Source of the DNA: Anaeromyxobacteraceae bacterium
GTDB taxonomy: Bacteria > Myxococcota > Myxococcia > Myxococcales > Anaeromyxobacteraceae
DNA: 64,000 nucleotides
Assembly (NCBI GenBank): GCA_047602405.1
Contig: JASGHJ010000001.1
Location: forward strand, 736,001 to 800,000
Direction of reading: 5' to 3'
Shown here: piece by piece, positions 42,605 to 52,424 of the stretch
Layout: the number at the start of each line of letters is the position of its first letter
Numbering within the stretch: position 1 is the stretch's first letter
Notes under the pieces: generated by a model
What the model saw: the letters and a program-made list of their open reading frames with translations, nothing else
The model's database searches: none
What the model was told of the DNA's origin: nothing
Translations under genes and position numbers: made by a program

Positions 42605-42877
42605 CCTCGTCTCCGCGGCCGCTTCGCGGCCGCTACGCTCGGCACGAACGGTAGGGGTATCCCGGACCTCCAACCCTCCGCTCCAACCCTCCGGTCCAAA
42701 CCCTCCGGTCCAACCCTACGCTCCAACCCACGCTCCAACCCTCCGCTCCAACCCTCCGGTCCCGAGCCTCCGGTCCAACCCCCGCTCCAACCCTCCGCTC
42801 CAACCCTCCGGTCCCGAGCCTCCGGTCCAACCGTCAGCCCCGAGCGTAGCCCGCCGCAGGCGGGCGGAGACGAGGGG
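42605..42877. repeat. Inverted pair of subfamily-B REPs enclosing ~13 copies of a 12-14-nt tandem repeat
   Basis: REP 42605-42651, (STCCAACCCTCCG)n at 42668-42833, inverted REP 42831-42877. Confidence 0.85.
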
Positions 42878-42880
42878 CGC

Positions 42881-44068
42881 CTACTGGATCCGCACCAGCT
42901 CCCGCTGGATCTTCGCGAAGACCTTCGGGCCGTCGGCGGCCATGAAGACGTCGATCTCCGAGCGGACGCCCAGGCCCTCCTCGGGCAGGTAGATGCCGGG
43001 CTCGATCGAGAACGCGAGGCCGGTCACGAGCGAGCGGGTGTCGTGCGTCTCGAGGTCGTCGAGGTTCGCGCCGTCGCCGTGGACGTTGCGGCCGATGGAG
43101 TGGCCGGTGCGGTGCACGAACTTCTCGCCGAACCCGTGCGAGGCGATGTGGTCGCGCACGGCGCGGTCCACCTGCCAGCCCTGGAGGACCTTCCCCTCCT
43201 GGTGGGCCTTCTCGAGGAGCGCGAGGCCGGCGTCCCGGCCGCCGGCGGTGACCTCGAAGATCTTCTCGGCCTTCGCCGGCGGGCGGTCGCCGCAGAAGCC
43301 GGTCCAGGTGATGTCGGCGTAGACGTCCTCGGGGCCGGTGCCGCGCGCCCAGAGGTCGATGAGGAGGAGGTCGCCCTTCTTGATGGGCGTGGGCGTCTCC
43401 TTCGACGGCGTGTAGTGCGGATCGCCGGCGTGGCCGTTCACCGCGACGATGGGCGGGTGGTCGGTCTCGAGCTTCGCCTCGGCGAACCGCGCCATGAGGA
43501 AGTCCTGCACGTCGGTCTCGAGGAGGGTCTCGCCCTTGCGGTGCGCCTCGGCCACCCGCGCGAAGGCGGCGTCCTTGGCGGCGTCGATGGCGTCGAGCGC
43601 CCGGCGGTGGCTCGCGACCTGCGCGTCGCTCCAGCGGCACAGGAACCGCTGCACGAGCTCGGCGGAGGAGACGACCTCGACGCCGTAGGTCCGCACGAGC
43701 TCGAGCGCGCCCGCGTCGACGCGCGACAGGTACGGGATCGCGCCCTCGGGGAAGTACTCCATCGCGATGCGGGCGTTCTTCCGAAGCGCGCCCAGGATCT
43801 TCCCGAGCCCCTCGCGCTGCGACTGCCAGGAGGCGTACGCGGCGCGCCGGCCCGGGATGCCCTTCGGCCACGAGCCGAGCTCGATCTTGTGCATCAGCGC
43901 GACGGGCTCGCCCTGCGCCGGCACGAGGTAGAACCAGCGCCGGGTGAGCATGTGGCCCTCGAGCCCGAGCGCCGTGATGGCGGTCGGGTTCTGGCCGTGG
44001 AAGTCGTAGAGGAGCCAGCCGTCGAGACCGGACTCGACGAGCGCGCGCTGCAGGGCGGGGATGTCCAT
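42881..44068 (-). CDS. M24 family metallopeptidase (Xaa-Pro aminopeptidase-like)
   Basis: DPHY, IDLW, YADIT, HRTGHSIG..VH, SIEPGIY, GVRSE. Confidence 0.88.
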   Translation of the reverse strand: MDIPALQRALVESGLDGWLLYDFHGQNPTAITALGLEGHMLTRRWFYLVPAQGEPVALMHKIELGSWPKGIPGRRAAYASWQSQREGLGKILGALRKNARIAMEYFPEGAIPYLSRVDAGALELVRTYGVEVVSSAELVQRFLCRWSDAQVASHRRALDAIDAAKDAAFARVAEAHRKGETLLETDVQDFLMARFAEAKLETDHPPIVAVNGHAGDPHYTPSKETPTPIKKGDLLLIDLWARGTGPEDVYADITWTGFCGDRPPAKAEKIFEVTAGGRDAGLALLEKAHQEGKVLQGWQVDRAVRDHIASHGFGEKFVHRTGHSIGRNVHGDGANLDDLETHDTRSLVTGLAFSIEPGIYLPEEGLGVRSEIDVFMAADGPKVFAKIQRELVRIQ

Positions 44069-44092
44069 GCGCGCTGTTCTAGCGCGGAACCG

Positions 44093-45574
44093 CTACACGG
44101 GCACGCGGTAGCGCGACCCCGGCCCGCGCTCACCCGGGGGCAGGATCTCGTGGAGCCGGATGGAGTTCGTGTGGCCGGGGACCCCGAGCGGGGATCCGTG
44201 GACCAGCACGATCCGGTCGCCCGGCCTCGCGATCTTCTCCTCGACGAGCCGCTCCGCCACGAGCTCGGCCATGAGGTCGGCGTTCTTCACCGGCTCCATC
44301 AGCCTCGGCTCGACGCCCCAGTAGAGCGCGAGGCGCCGGCGGATCGTCTGCTCGGAGGAGAACGCGATGATCGGCACCCGCGGCCGGAACTGCGACAGGA
44401 GCCGCGCGGTCGTCCCGGAGGTGGTGAAGCAGCAGACCGCGACGGCGCCCGCGTCGTCGGCGGCCTCGCAGGCCGCGGCGGCGGTGACGAGCGGGAACGG
44501 CGCGGGGCGCTGGCGGATGATCGTGTCGTACGGCGGCGCGTCGTGGGCGATGGCCGCCTCGGCCTCGCGCACGATGCGGTCCATCATCTGCACCGCCTGC
44601 AGCGGGAAGCGCCCGCTCGCGGTCTCGCCCGAGAGCATCACCGCGTCGGCGCCGTCCCAGATGCCGTTCGCGACGTCGGAGGCCTCGGCGCGGGTCGGGC
44701 GCGGGTGGTCGATCATCGAGTTGAGCATCTGCGTCGCGATGATGACCGGCTTGCCGGCCGCGTTCGCCTTGCGGCAGATCTCCTTCTGGATGGAGGGCAC
44801 GCGCTCGGGCAGGATCTCCACCCCGAGGTCGCCGCGGGCCACCATCACGCCGTCGGCCGCGGCGATGATCGCGTCGAGGTGCTCGAGCGCCTCGGGCTTC
44901 TCGATCTTGGCGATGATCGGGACCACCCGCCCCGCGCGCTGCATCTCGTCGCGGCACAGCCCGACGTCCTCGGCGGTCCGCACGAACGAGAGCGCCACCG
45001 CGTCCACGCCGTGCGCGACGCCGAACGCGACGTCGGCGCGGTCCTTCTCGCTCATCGCCGCGGTGCGGAGCGCGACGCCCGGGAGGTTGATGCCCTTGTG
45101 CTCGCCGAGGATCCCGCCCTCCACCACCTGGGCGCGCACCCGGACCCCGTCGGTCGAGAGCACGCGCAGCTCGAGGAGGCCGTCGTCGATGAGCAGGCGG
45201 TCGCCGGCGCGGACGTCCTCGGCGAGGTGCGGGTAGGTGGTGGAGACGAGGTGCTCGTCTCCGGCGAGCTCCTCCTCGGTGGTCACCACGAGCTCGGCGC
45301 CGGGCTCGAGCCGCACGCCGGCCCGGCCGGCCTTCAGCGGACCGGTGCGGATCTTCGGGCCCTGCAGGTCCTGCAGGAGCGCGATGGGCTTCTGGAGGTG
45401 GCGCGAGGCGGCGCGCACGCGGTCGATGACCGACGCGTGGTCCTCGTGCTTGCCGTGGGAGAAGTTGAGGCGGACGACGTCGACGCCGTTCGAGAGGAGC
45501 TTCTCCAGCAGGTCGGGCTCGGACGACGCCGGCCCGACCGTGGCCACGATCTTGGCCCTGCGCTGTGGACTCAT
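44093..45574 (-). CDS. pyk: Pyruvate kinase
   Basis: KIVATVGPAS, RLNFSHG, DLQGPKIR, IAKIEK, MVARGDLG, ATQMLNSM, MLSGETA. Confidence 0.96.
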   Translation of the reverse strand: MSPQRRAKIVATVGPASSEPDLLEKLLSNGVDVVRLNFSHGKHEDHASVIDRVRAASRHLQKPIALLQDLQGPKIRTGPLKAGRAGVRLEPGAELVVTTEEELAGDEHLVSTTYPHLAEDVRAGDRLLIDDGLLELRVLSTDGVRVRAQVVEGGILGEHKGINLPGVALRTAAMSEKDRADVAFGVAHGVDAVALSFVRTAEDVGLCRDEMQRAGRVVPIIAKIEKPEALEHLDAIIAAADGVMVARGDLGVEILPERVPSIQKEICRKANAAGKPVIIATQMLNSMIDHPRPTRAEASDVANGIWDGADAVMLSGETASGRFPLQAVQMMDRIVREAEAAIAHDAPPYDTIIRQRPAPFPLVTAAAACEAADDAGAVAVCCFTTSGTTARLLSQFRPRVPIIAFSSEQTIRRRLALYWGVEPRLMEPVKNADLMAELVAERLVEEKIARPGDRIVLVHGSPLGVPGHTNSIRLHEILPPGERGPGSRYRVPV

Positions 45575-46362
45575 TGAGTGATGGGAGTACGCCAGGCCGC
45601 GAGCTGCGTATAGGCCCTCGACTGGCCGTCGCAGGTGCCGTCGCGGTGGTACGTCAAGGCGTGGGCCACGGTCCAGGGCCCGGGGGTGCTCGGGAAGGAG
45701 ATGTCGGCCCTCCGCTCCCGCGCGCCCATGACCGCCAGCACCGAGCCCAGCGGGTCTCCCACCATCAGCCGATCGTCGTAGACGAGGCCGCACTCACCCG
45801 GGGTGAACTCCTGCCACTGCTCGTCGACGTAGAAGACCGGGAAGTCGAGGGAGGCGTCGTCGAGCGAGATGCCGGCGGGCGAGATGACGCGCGCGGCCCG
45901 CGCCCCGTCGCGGCTCACGGTGGTCTCCCACAGCAGGAACTGGCTCGCCGGAACGCCGTCCACCACGATGACGCGGATGCCCGGGTAGGGCAGCGGCTCG
46001 CGGGAGGGGCCCTCGCCGCCGGGCACCACCCGGACCCGCACCTGGACCTGCTTGCCGTCGATCGCCGGCGGGAACACGGCGTCGGGGAGCGCGGTGGAGT
46101 CGAAGGAGATGCTCACGTCGCCGAGCGCGGTCCCGTCCCGCAGGGCCGCGCCGACGATGGTCAGGTGCTCGCCGTCCACGCGGCTCGCGGTCCCGGTGAG
46201 GTCGGTGAGCTGCTCGACGTCGAAGCCGTCGACGAAGGCGTCGCCGGACGGCAGCGTCACCTTGATGTGGAACGGCTCCGACTTCGGGTCCTTCGTCGGG
46301 CAGCCGGTGGCGGCGAGCGCGAGGGCCGCGAGGACGGCAGCGCTAGATGATCCAGCCGACAC
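45571..46362 (-). CDS. Hypothetical lipoprotein
   Basis: AVLAALALAATGC lipobox; stop overlaps the pyk ATG. Confidence 0.6.
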   Translation of the reverse strand: MSAGSSSAAVLAALALAATGCPTKDPKSEPFHIKVTLPSGDAFVDGFDVEQLTDLTGTASRVDGEHLTIVGAALRDGTALGDVSISFDSTALPDAVFPPAIDGKQVQVRVRVVPGGEGPSREPLPYPGIRVIVVDGVPASQFLLWETTVSRDGARAARVISPAGISLDDASLDFPVFYVDEQWQEFTPGECGLVYDDRLMVGDPLGSVLAVMGARERRADISFPSTPGPWTVAHALTYHRDGTCDGQSRAYTQLAAWRTPITQ

Positions 46363-46972
46363 GGAGCCTCCACTGGAAGATGGTCGACGTCTGCGGGCGG
46401 GCCCAGCCGAACCCCTCCACGCCGAGCAGGAGCCGCTTGCCGAGCTGGGCCTCGACGCCGAGGCCCGCCTCGGTGTCGCTCGCCCACCGCTTCTCGAACG
46501 GCGAGTCGGCGCGCGCGCCGCGGGCCGAGAGCCGGCCGTAGATCGTGACGGGCTCGAGGTGGGCGCCCGCCGCGAGCTCGCCGCGCAGGAAGGTGGAGGT
46601 CTTCGACCCGGCGCCGAGCGGGACGTAGGTCTCGCCGGCCTCGAACGTGCCGGAGAGCCGGAACAGCCCCTCCGAGAGCGGCGTGACCCGCAGGCCCAGC
46701 GCGATCGCGTTCTGCGCGTTCAGGCCGCGGTAGAGGAGCATCGAGTCGCCGCGGAACTCGAAGTCGAGCCAGTACCCGAGGCCGAGTCGGCCCTGCACGC
46801 CCGTGCGGAGCCAGCCCGCGTCGAGCGCCGCCACCATCCGCCCGCGCGGGGCCGCGCCGACCGCGATCCCCGGCGAGGGCTCCTCGACCTCGAAGTCGTC
46901 GACGGGCGGCCGGCTCTGGGAGAGCGCGGGGAGGGGGAGCGCGAGGAGCGCGGCGGCGAGGATGGGGCGCAC
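46343..46972 (-). CDS. Hypothetical small outer-membrane beta-barrel protein
   Basis: Signal VRPILAAALLALPLPALS; alternating strands; ends WRLRVGWII. Confidence 0.55.
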   Translation of the reverse strand: MRPILAAALLALPLPALSQSRPPVDDFEVEEPSPGIAVGAAPRGRMVAALDAGWLRTGVQGRLGLGYWLDFEFRGDSMLLYRGLNAQNAIALGLRVTPLSEGLFRLSGTFEAGETYVPLGAGSKTSTFLRGELAAGAHLEPVTIYGRLSARGARADSPFEKRWASDTEAGLGVEAQLGKRLLLGVEGFGWARPQTSTIFQWRLRVGWII

Positions 46973-47120
46973 GGGCGGAGGGAAGCGTAACGCAGGGTCC
47001 CCGCCACCCCAAGCCTCCCGGTCTGTATCCCGTCGGGGTTGCAGCGGATCGGTCCTGTCGCGCTGCAGACACCCGGGCGTGTTTGCGACGGACAGCCCCG
47101 TCTTGGTAGCGTCCCGGCGA

Positions 47121-48562
47121 ATGGGCGATCCCGTGCTCGAGCGGCGGCTCTCGAAGCTCCAGTCGATCCTCGGCGTTGCGAAGGCGATGACGGCGGAGCG
47201 GCACCTCGACCGCCTGCTCGCCCTCGTGGTCGACGCGGCCGCGCAGGTGGCCGAGGCCGATCGCTGCACGCTCTTCATCGCCGACCGCGACAAGGGCGAG
47301 CTGTGGAGCAAGGTGGCGCACGGGGCGGGCGAGAATCCGCGTGCCGATCACCGCGGGCATCGTGGGCGCGGTCGCCTCGAGCGGCCAGCCGATCCGGATC
47401 GCCGACGCCTACTCCGACGAGCGCTTCAACCGCCGCGTCGACCTCGAGACCGGCTACCACACCCGCACCATCCTCGCGGTGCCGATGCTCAACACGCGCG
47501 GCGAGGTGGTGGGCGTGCTGCAGGCCATCAACCGGCTCACCGGCACCTTCTCCGCGGAGGACGAGGAGCTCCTCGGCGCGCTCGCCGGCCCCGCCGCGAG
47601 CGCGATCGAGAACGCGCTCCTCAACGAGGAGATCGAGAAGCTCTTCGAGGGCTTCGTGCAGGCCTCGGTCGTCGCGATCGAGCAGCGCGATCCGACCACC
47701 GCCGGCCACTCGGGCCGGGTCGCGACGCTCACGGTCGGCCTCGCCCGCGCCGTCGAGCACGCGCCGCCCACGCCCTGGAAGGGCACGAAGTTCGACGCGA
47801 GCTCGAATCCAGCAGATGCGCTACGCCGCGCTCCTGCACGACTTCGGCAAGGTCGGCGTGCGCGAGCACGTGCTCGTGAAGGCGGAGAAGCTCTACCCGC
47901 ACGAGCTCGAGATCCTGAAGGCCCGCTTCGAGCTCGCCCGGGCGCTCCTCGAGAACGCGCGCCTCACGGCGCGGCTCGAGGGCAAGCCCGAGGCCGAGCT
48001 CGCCGAGCGCGCGACCGAGCTCGCCGGGCTCTGGGACGTGGTGGTCGCGGCGAACAAGCCCACCATCCTCGCCGCCGAGGCCTCCCAGAAGCTCGCCCAC
48101 GCCGCGGCCCGCACCTTCAAGGATCTCGGCGGCGTCGAGCGCCCGCTCCTCACCCCCATCGAGCTCGCCTGCCTCTCCATCCCGCGCGGCTCGCTGTCCG
48201 AGACCGAGCGGAAGGAGATCGAGAGCCACGTCACCCACACCTTCAGCTTCCTCTCGCAAATCCCGTGGACCCGGGTGCTGCGGCGCGTGCCCGAGATCGC
48301 GTACGGGCACCACGAGAAGCTCGACGGCAAGGGCTACCCCCGCGCGCTCCCGCCGCAGAACATCGCGATCGAGACGCGGATGATGACAATCTCCGACATC
48401 TACGACGCCCTCACCGCGAGCGACCGCCCGTACAAGCGCGCGCTCGCGCCGGAGAAGGCGATCGACATCCTCTCCGAGGAGGCGAAGCGCGGGCAGATCG
48501 ACGCGCCGCTCCTCGGGGTGTTCGTCGAGGCCGGCGTCTGGAAGGCGACCCACCGCCCGTGA
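47121..48562 (+). CDS. GAF + HD-GYP cyclic-dinucleotide phosphodiesterase with two +1 frameshifts (47333, 47805)
   Basis: GAF ([22 protein letters not shown]); [32 protein letters not shown]. Confidence 0.85.
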
Positions 48563-49125
48563 GCGGCCGCCTCCCGCGCGCCTTCTTCGCGCGCGACACC
48601 CGCACCGTCGCCCGCGCGCTGCTCGGGAAGCTCCTCGTGCACGACGACGCCGGCGTGCGCCGCGCGGCGCGAATCGTGGAGACCGAGGCGTACCGCGGCC
48701 CCGGCGACCAGGCCTCGCACGCGCGCTTCGGGCCGACGAAGCGGGCGGCGGTGATGTTCGGGCCGCCCGGCCACGCGTACGTCTACCTGATCTACGGCAC
48801 GAGCCACTGCGTGAACCTCGTGACCGAGCGGGAGGGCTTCCCGGCGGCGGTGCTGATCCGCGCGGCGGAGCCGGTGGAGGGGTGCCTGCACTCGACGCGC
48901 GGGCCGGGGAACCTGTGCCGCGCGCTCGGGATCACCCGCGCCCACACCGGGCTCGACCTCGAGGTGGGCGAGCTGTGGGTCGAGGATGCCCCCGGCCCCC
49001 GGCCCCGGGAGAAGGTGTCGACGGGGCCCCGGGTCAACGTCGAGTACGCCGGCGTGTGGGCGAAGAAGCCCTGGCGGTACGCGCTCGCGGGGAACCTTTT
49101 CGTGAGCGGGCCGAAGATCGTCTGA
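48559..49125 (+). CDS. mpg: DNA-3-methyladenine glycosylase (AAG/MPG family)
   Basis: [42 protein letters not shown]. Confidence 0.9.
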   Translation: MSGRLPRAFFARDTRTVARALLGKLLVHDDAGVRRAARIVETEAYRGPGDQASHARFGPTKRAAVMFGPPGHAYVYLIYGTSHCVNLVTEREGFPAAVLIRAAEPVEGCLHSTRGPGNLCRALGITRAHTGLDLEVGELWVEDAPGPRPREKVSTGPRVNVEYAGVWAKKPWRYALAGNLFVSGPKIV

Positions 49126-49163
49126 TCGCGGGGCCCCTGTTTCACTCCCCGGAGATACCAACC

Positions 49164-49484
49164 ATGAACAGGCTCCTCCCGGTCGCGCTCGTGCTCGGCC
49201 TCGCGCTCACCCTCTCCGCCTGCGGCGACGACAAGAAGTCGGCCTGCGAGAGCGGCTGCTCCAAGGCCGCCGCAGCGAACTGCGTGAACGACGTCAGCGA
49301 GGCCCAGTGCGTGACCGAGTGCAACGCGCTCTGGAACAACCCCACCTGCCAGAAGGAGATCCGCGCGTTCCTGACGTGCGCCTCCAAGACCAACTTCACC
49401 TGCGACTCGAACGGCGAGGCCACGCCGCCCGACACGGCGTGCGTGTCGGAGAGCGAGGCCCTCAGCGCCTGCCTGTTCCAGTGA
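49164..49484 (+). CDS. Small Cys-rich lipoprotein
   Basis: LSAC lipobox followed by 10 Cys in ~85 aa. Confidence 0.7.
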   Translation: MNRLLPVALVLGLALTLSACGDDKKSACESGCSKAAAANCVNDVSEAQCVTECNALWNNPTCQKEIRAFLTCASKTNFTCDSNGEATPPDTACVSESEALSACLFQ

Positions 49485-49573
49485 CCGGGCCTGCCCCCGG
49501 CCGATGAAGCCGGGGGGACACCCCCACGGCGGAGGAGCACCCGGCGGCGACCGGGTGTATCCTCCGCCGCCCG

Positions 49574-50584
49574 ATGCTCCACCTCTCCGGCCAGGACTCC
49601 CGAGCGCTCGCCCGCCTGGCGGGCATCAGCCTCGAGGACGCGCGCCGGATCACCGGCGCGGTGATCGGCCGGGGCGAGTCGCTGCGCCGGGCGCGCAACG
49701 TGCGCCGCGAGGTGCTCGACCACGTCGAGGCGCTCTCCGCGGGCGGAGAGCTCAAGGCCGTCGGCCACGTCGACGCGAAGGACGGGTTTCGGAAGTACCT
49801 GTTCGAGCTGCCCGACGGCGCGCGCGTCGAGTCGGTGCGGATCCCGCTCTTCGACACGCACCACGTCGTCTGCATCTCCTCGCAGGCGGGCTGCCCGCTC
49901 GCGTGCGCGTTCTGCGCGACCGGGAAGCTCGGCCTCGAGCGCAACCTCGCGTCCTGGGAGATCGTGCAGCAGGTCCTGCACGTGCGGCGGAACGCGGAGC
50001 GCCCGGTCACCGGCGTCGTGTTCATGGGCCAGGGCGAGCCGTTCCTCAACTACGAGGCGGTGCTCGACGCGGCCTACGCGCTCTGCGATCCGGCCGGCGC
50101 GCGCATCGACGCCCGGCGCATCTCGATCTCCACCGCGGGCATCGTCCCGGCCATCCGCCGCTACACCGCCGAGGGCCACAAGTTCCGGCTCTGCATCTCG
50201 CTCAACGCGGCGATCCCGTGGAAGCGCGAGGCGCTCATGCCCATCGAGCGGAAGTGGCCGCTCGACGCCCTCGTCGAGGCCGTGCGCGAGCACGCCGCCG
50301 CGACCGGCCGCGTGACGCTCGAGTACGTGATGATCGCGGGCGTGAACACCGGGCCCGAGGACGCGGCCGCGCTCGGGAGGCTCCTCGAGGGCATCCCGGT
50401 GCGGCTCAACCCGATCGCGGTCAACGACGCCTCGGGGCGCTTCAAGCCGCCCGATGAGACGGAGTGGAACCGCTTCCGCGACCTCCTCGGGCGCGCCCTG
50501 CCGGGCCAGCCCATCGTGCGGCGCTACTCGGGTGGCCAGGACGAGGCGGCGGCGTGCGGGATGCTCGCCTCCCGGTTGCGGTAG
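49574..50584 (+). CDS. RlmN/Cfr-family radical SAM methyltransferase (divergent paralog)
   Basis: [45 protein letters not shown]. Confidence 0.85.
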   Translation: MLHLSGQDSRALARLAGISLEDARRITGAVIGRGESLRRARNVRREVLDHVEALSAGGELKAVGHVDAKDGFRKYLFELPDGARVESVRIPLFDTHHVVCISSQAGCPLACAFCATGKLGLERNLASWEIVQQVLHVRRNAERPVTGVVFMGQGEPFLNYEAVLDAAYALCDPAGARIDARRISISTAGIVPAIRRYTAEGHKFRLCISLNAAIPWKREALMPIERKWPLDALVEAVREHAAATGRVTLEYVMIAGVNTGPEDAAALGRLLEGIPVRLNPIAVNDASGRFKPPDETEWNRFRDLLGRALPGQPIVRRYSGGQDEAAACGMLASRLR

Positions 50585-50594
50585 CCGGAGCGCG

Positions 50595-50623
50595 TTGACA
50601 CGGACCGTCCCGGTCCTTAGTTC
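50595..50623 (+). promoter_or_regulatory. sigma70-like promoter, probably giving a leaderless fur-family mRNA
   Basis: TTGACA-N17-TAGTTC ending 7 nt before the GTG; spacer contains GGACCG-N3-CGGTCC. Confidence 0.5.
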
Positions 50624-50630
50624 CAGCGGG

Positions 50631-51042
50631 GTGACGTCGGACCTCGCCGGCCTCCTCGCCCGCCACGGCATCCAGCCCTCCGCCCAGCGGATGGCCGTGG
50701 CCGCGTACGTGCTGGACACCGAGGATCACCCCTCGGCCGACCAGGTCTTCGCGAAGGTGAAGCGGAGCCACCCCTCGAATCTCGCGCGCGACCGTCTACA
50801 ACACCCTCAACCGGTTCGTGCGGGAGGGCATCCTCCGCACGCTCGTGCTTGCGGAGGGCCGGGTCGTCTTCGACCCGAACGTGAGCCCGCACCACCACTT
50901 CATCGACGAGGCGACCGGGCGCATCCACGACATCCCGTGGGACGCGCTCAGGGTCTCCCGCGTGGAGGCCCTCGAGGGCCTCGACGTCCGCGAGTACCAG
51001 GTGGTGCTGCGCGGGCGCCAGAAGCAGCACCGCAGGTCGTAG
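50631..51042 (+). CDS. Fur/PerR/Irr family regulator with a +1 frameshift at 50777-50781
   Basis: QPSAQR, HPSAD; repair gives SISRATVYNTL; FDPN..PHHHF. Confidence 0.85.
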
Positions 51043-51097
51043 GCGCGCTGTCCTGCCACGGCCCGATAAGGGTCGTGCTCGTTTCCGTTGCGAACGC

Positions 51098-51114
51098 TTT
51101 AGACAGTGTCTAAA
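51098..51114. promoter_or_regulatory. Fur-family (Irr/PerR-like) operator upstream of rubrerythrin
   Basis: Perfect 8-1-8 palindrome TTTAGACA-G-TGTCTAAA, resembling the Irr ICE TTTAGAA-N3-TTCTAAA. Confidence 0.7.
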
Positions 51115-51163
51115 TCGTCCCCCACCGATTCCTCACCCCGCAGCACCCCCCAGGAGAACGAGC

Positions 51164-51580
51164 ATGGCCAACCTCAAGAACTCGAAGACCGAGAAGAACC
51201 TCAAGGACGCGTTCGCGGGCGAGTCGCAGGCGAACCGCCGCTACCTCTACTTCGCGAAGGTCGCCGACGTGGAGGGCTACCCGGAGATCGCCTCCAACTT
51301 CCGCGAGACCGCCGAGGGTGAGACCGGCCACGCGCACGGCCACCTCGACTTCCTGAAGACGGTCGGCGACCCGGCCACCGGCCTCCCGCTCGGCGACACG
51401 ACCCTCAACCTCAAGGCCTCCATCGCCGGCGAGACGCACGAGTACACGGACATGTACCCGGGCATGGCGAAGACCGCCCGCGACGAGGGCTTCTCCGAGA
51501 TCGCCGACTGGTTCGAGACGCTCGCGAAGGCCGAGAAGAGCCACGCCGGGCGCTTCGAGAAGATGCTGAAGACGCTGTAA
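51164..51580 (+). CDS. rbr: Short rubrerythrin without a rubredoxin domain
   Basis: [40 protein letters not shown]. Confidence 0.93.
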   Translation: MANLKNSKTEKNLKDAFAGESQANRRYLYFAKVADVEGYPEIASNFRETAEGETGHAHGHLDFLKTVGDPATGLPLGDTTLNLKASIAGETHEYTDMYPGMAKTARDEGFSEIADWFETLAKAEKSHAGRFEKMLKTL

Positions 51581-51588
51581 TTGACCGA

Positions 51589-51728
51589 CCCTTCGACTTC
51601 GGCCCGCCTGACGGCGGGCCTACGCTCAGGGTGAGCGAACCTGGCCGCCCTAGTCCGCTCATCCTGAGCCCTTCGACTTCGCCACCTACGGTGGCTACGC
51701 TCAGGATGAACGGAGTCGAAGGATGAGC
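51589..51728. repeat. Cluster of three subfamily-A REPs, one nested inside another
   Basis: Copy 51589-51637; inverted copy 51654-51728 whose loop is a complete third copy. Confidence 0.8.
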
Positions 51729-51757
51729 AGCCTGTTCGCTGAGAAGAGGGAACCGTC

Positions 51758-52320
51758 ATGCGTCCCGTGAAGCGCGAAGAGATCCTCGACCTCGCCGCCT
51801 ACGAGAAGTCCCGCGAGGCCATCCGTCCGTCCATCCTCGACGCGAAGCGCCGCCGGCGCGTCCACGTCGGCGGCGTGCTGACGTTCCTCTTCGAGAACAC
51901 GGCGACCGTGCGCTACCAGGTGCAGGAGATGCTCCGGGCCGAGCGCATCCAGAAGGAGCCGGAGAATCGCGCACGAGATCGAGACGTACAACGAGCTCGT
52001 CGGCGGGAAGGGCGAGCTCGGCTGCTCGCTGCTCATCGAGATCACCGACCCCGAGGAGCGCGCGAAGAAGCTCGGGCAGTGGCTCGCGCTCCCGAAGCAC
52101 CTCTACGTGAAGACCGAGGACGGCGAGAAGCACCGCGCCCGCTTCGACGAGCGGCAGATCGGCACCGACCGGCTCTCGTCGGTGCAGTACCTCCGGTTCG
52201 ACGTGAAGGGTCGCCAGGCCCATCGCGGTCGGCAGCGACCTGCCCGGCCTCACCGCCGAGACGGCGCTCGACGGCGAGCAGCGCGAGGCGCTGCGGCAGG
52301 ACCTCGCGAGCGACGCCTAG
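51758..52320 (+). CDS. DUF3501 family protein with two +1 frameshifts (51964, ~52215)
   Basis: [44 protein letters not shown]; next to rubrerythrin. Confidence 0.8.
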
Positions 52321-52424
52321 GCGGTCCGCTGAAGGATCACCGTCGATCCGCCGGAGCAGGACCGTCCGTACGCTGACGCAGTACGGCGTTGCGCCCGGCC
52401 CGCGCCCTCGGTTATCCCCGGAGC

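Noticed and set aside
42668..42833. CRISPR array
   Set aside because: Contiguous 12-14-nt units with no unique spacers and no cas genes
47341..49125. Apparent GAF-MPG glycosylase fusion
   Set aside because: Product of two frameshifts; HD-GYP and MPG are separate genes with a GTGA overlap
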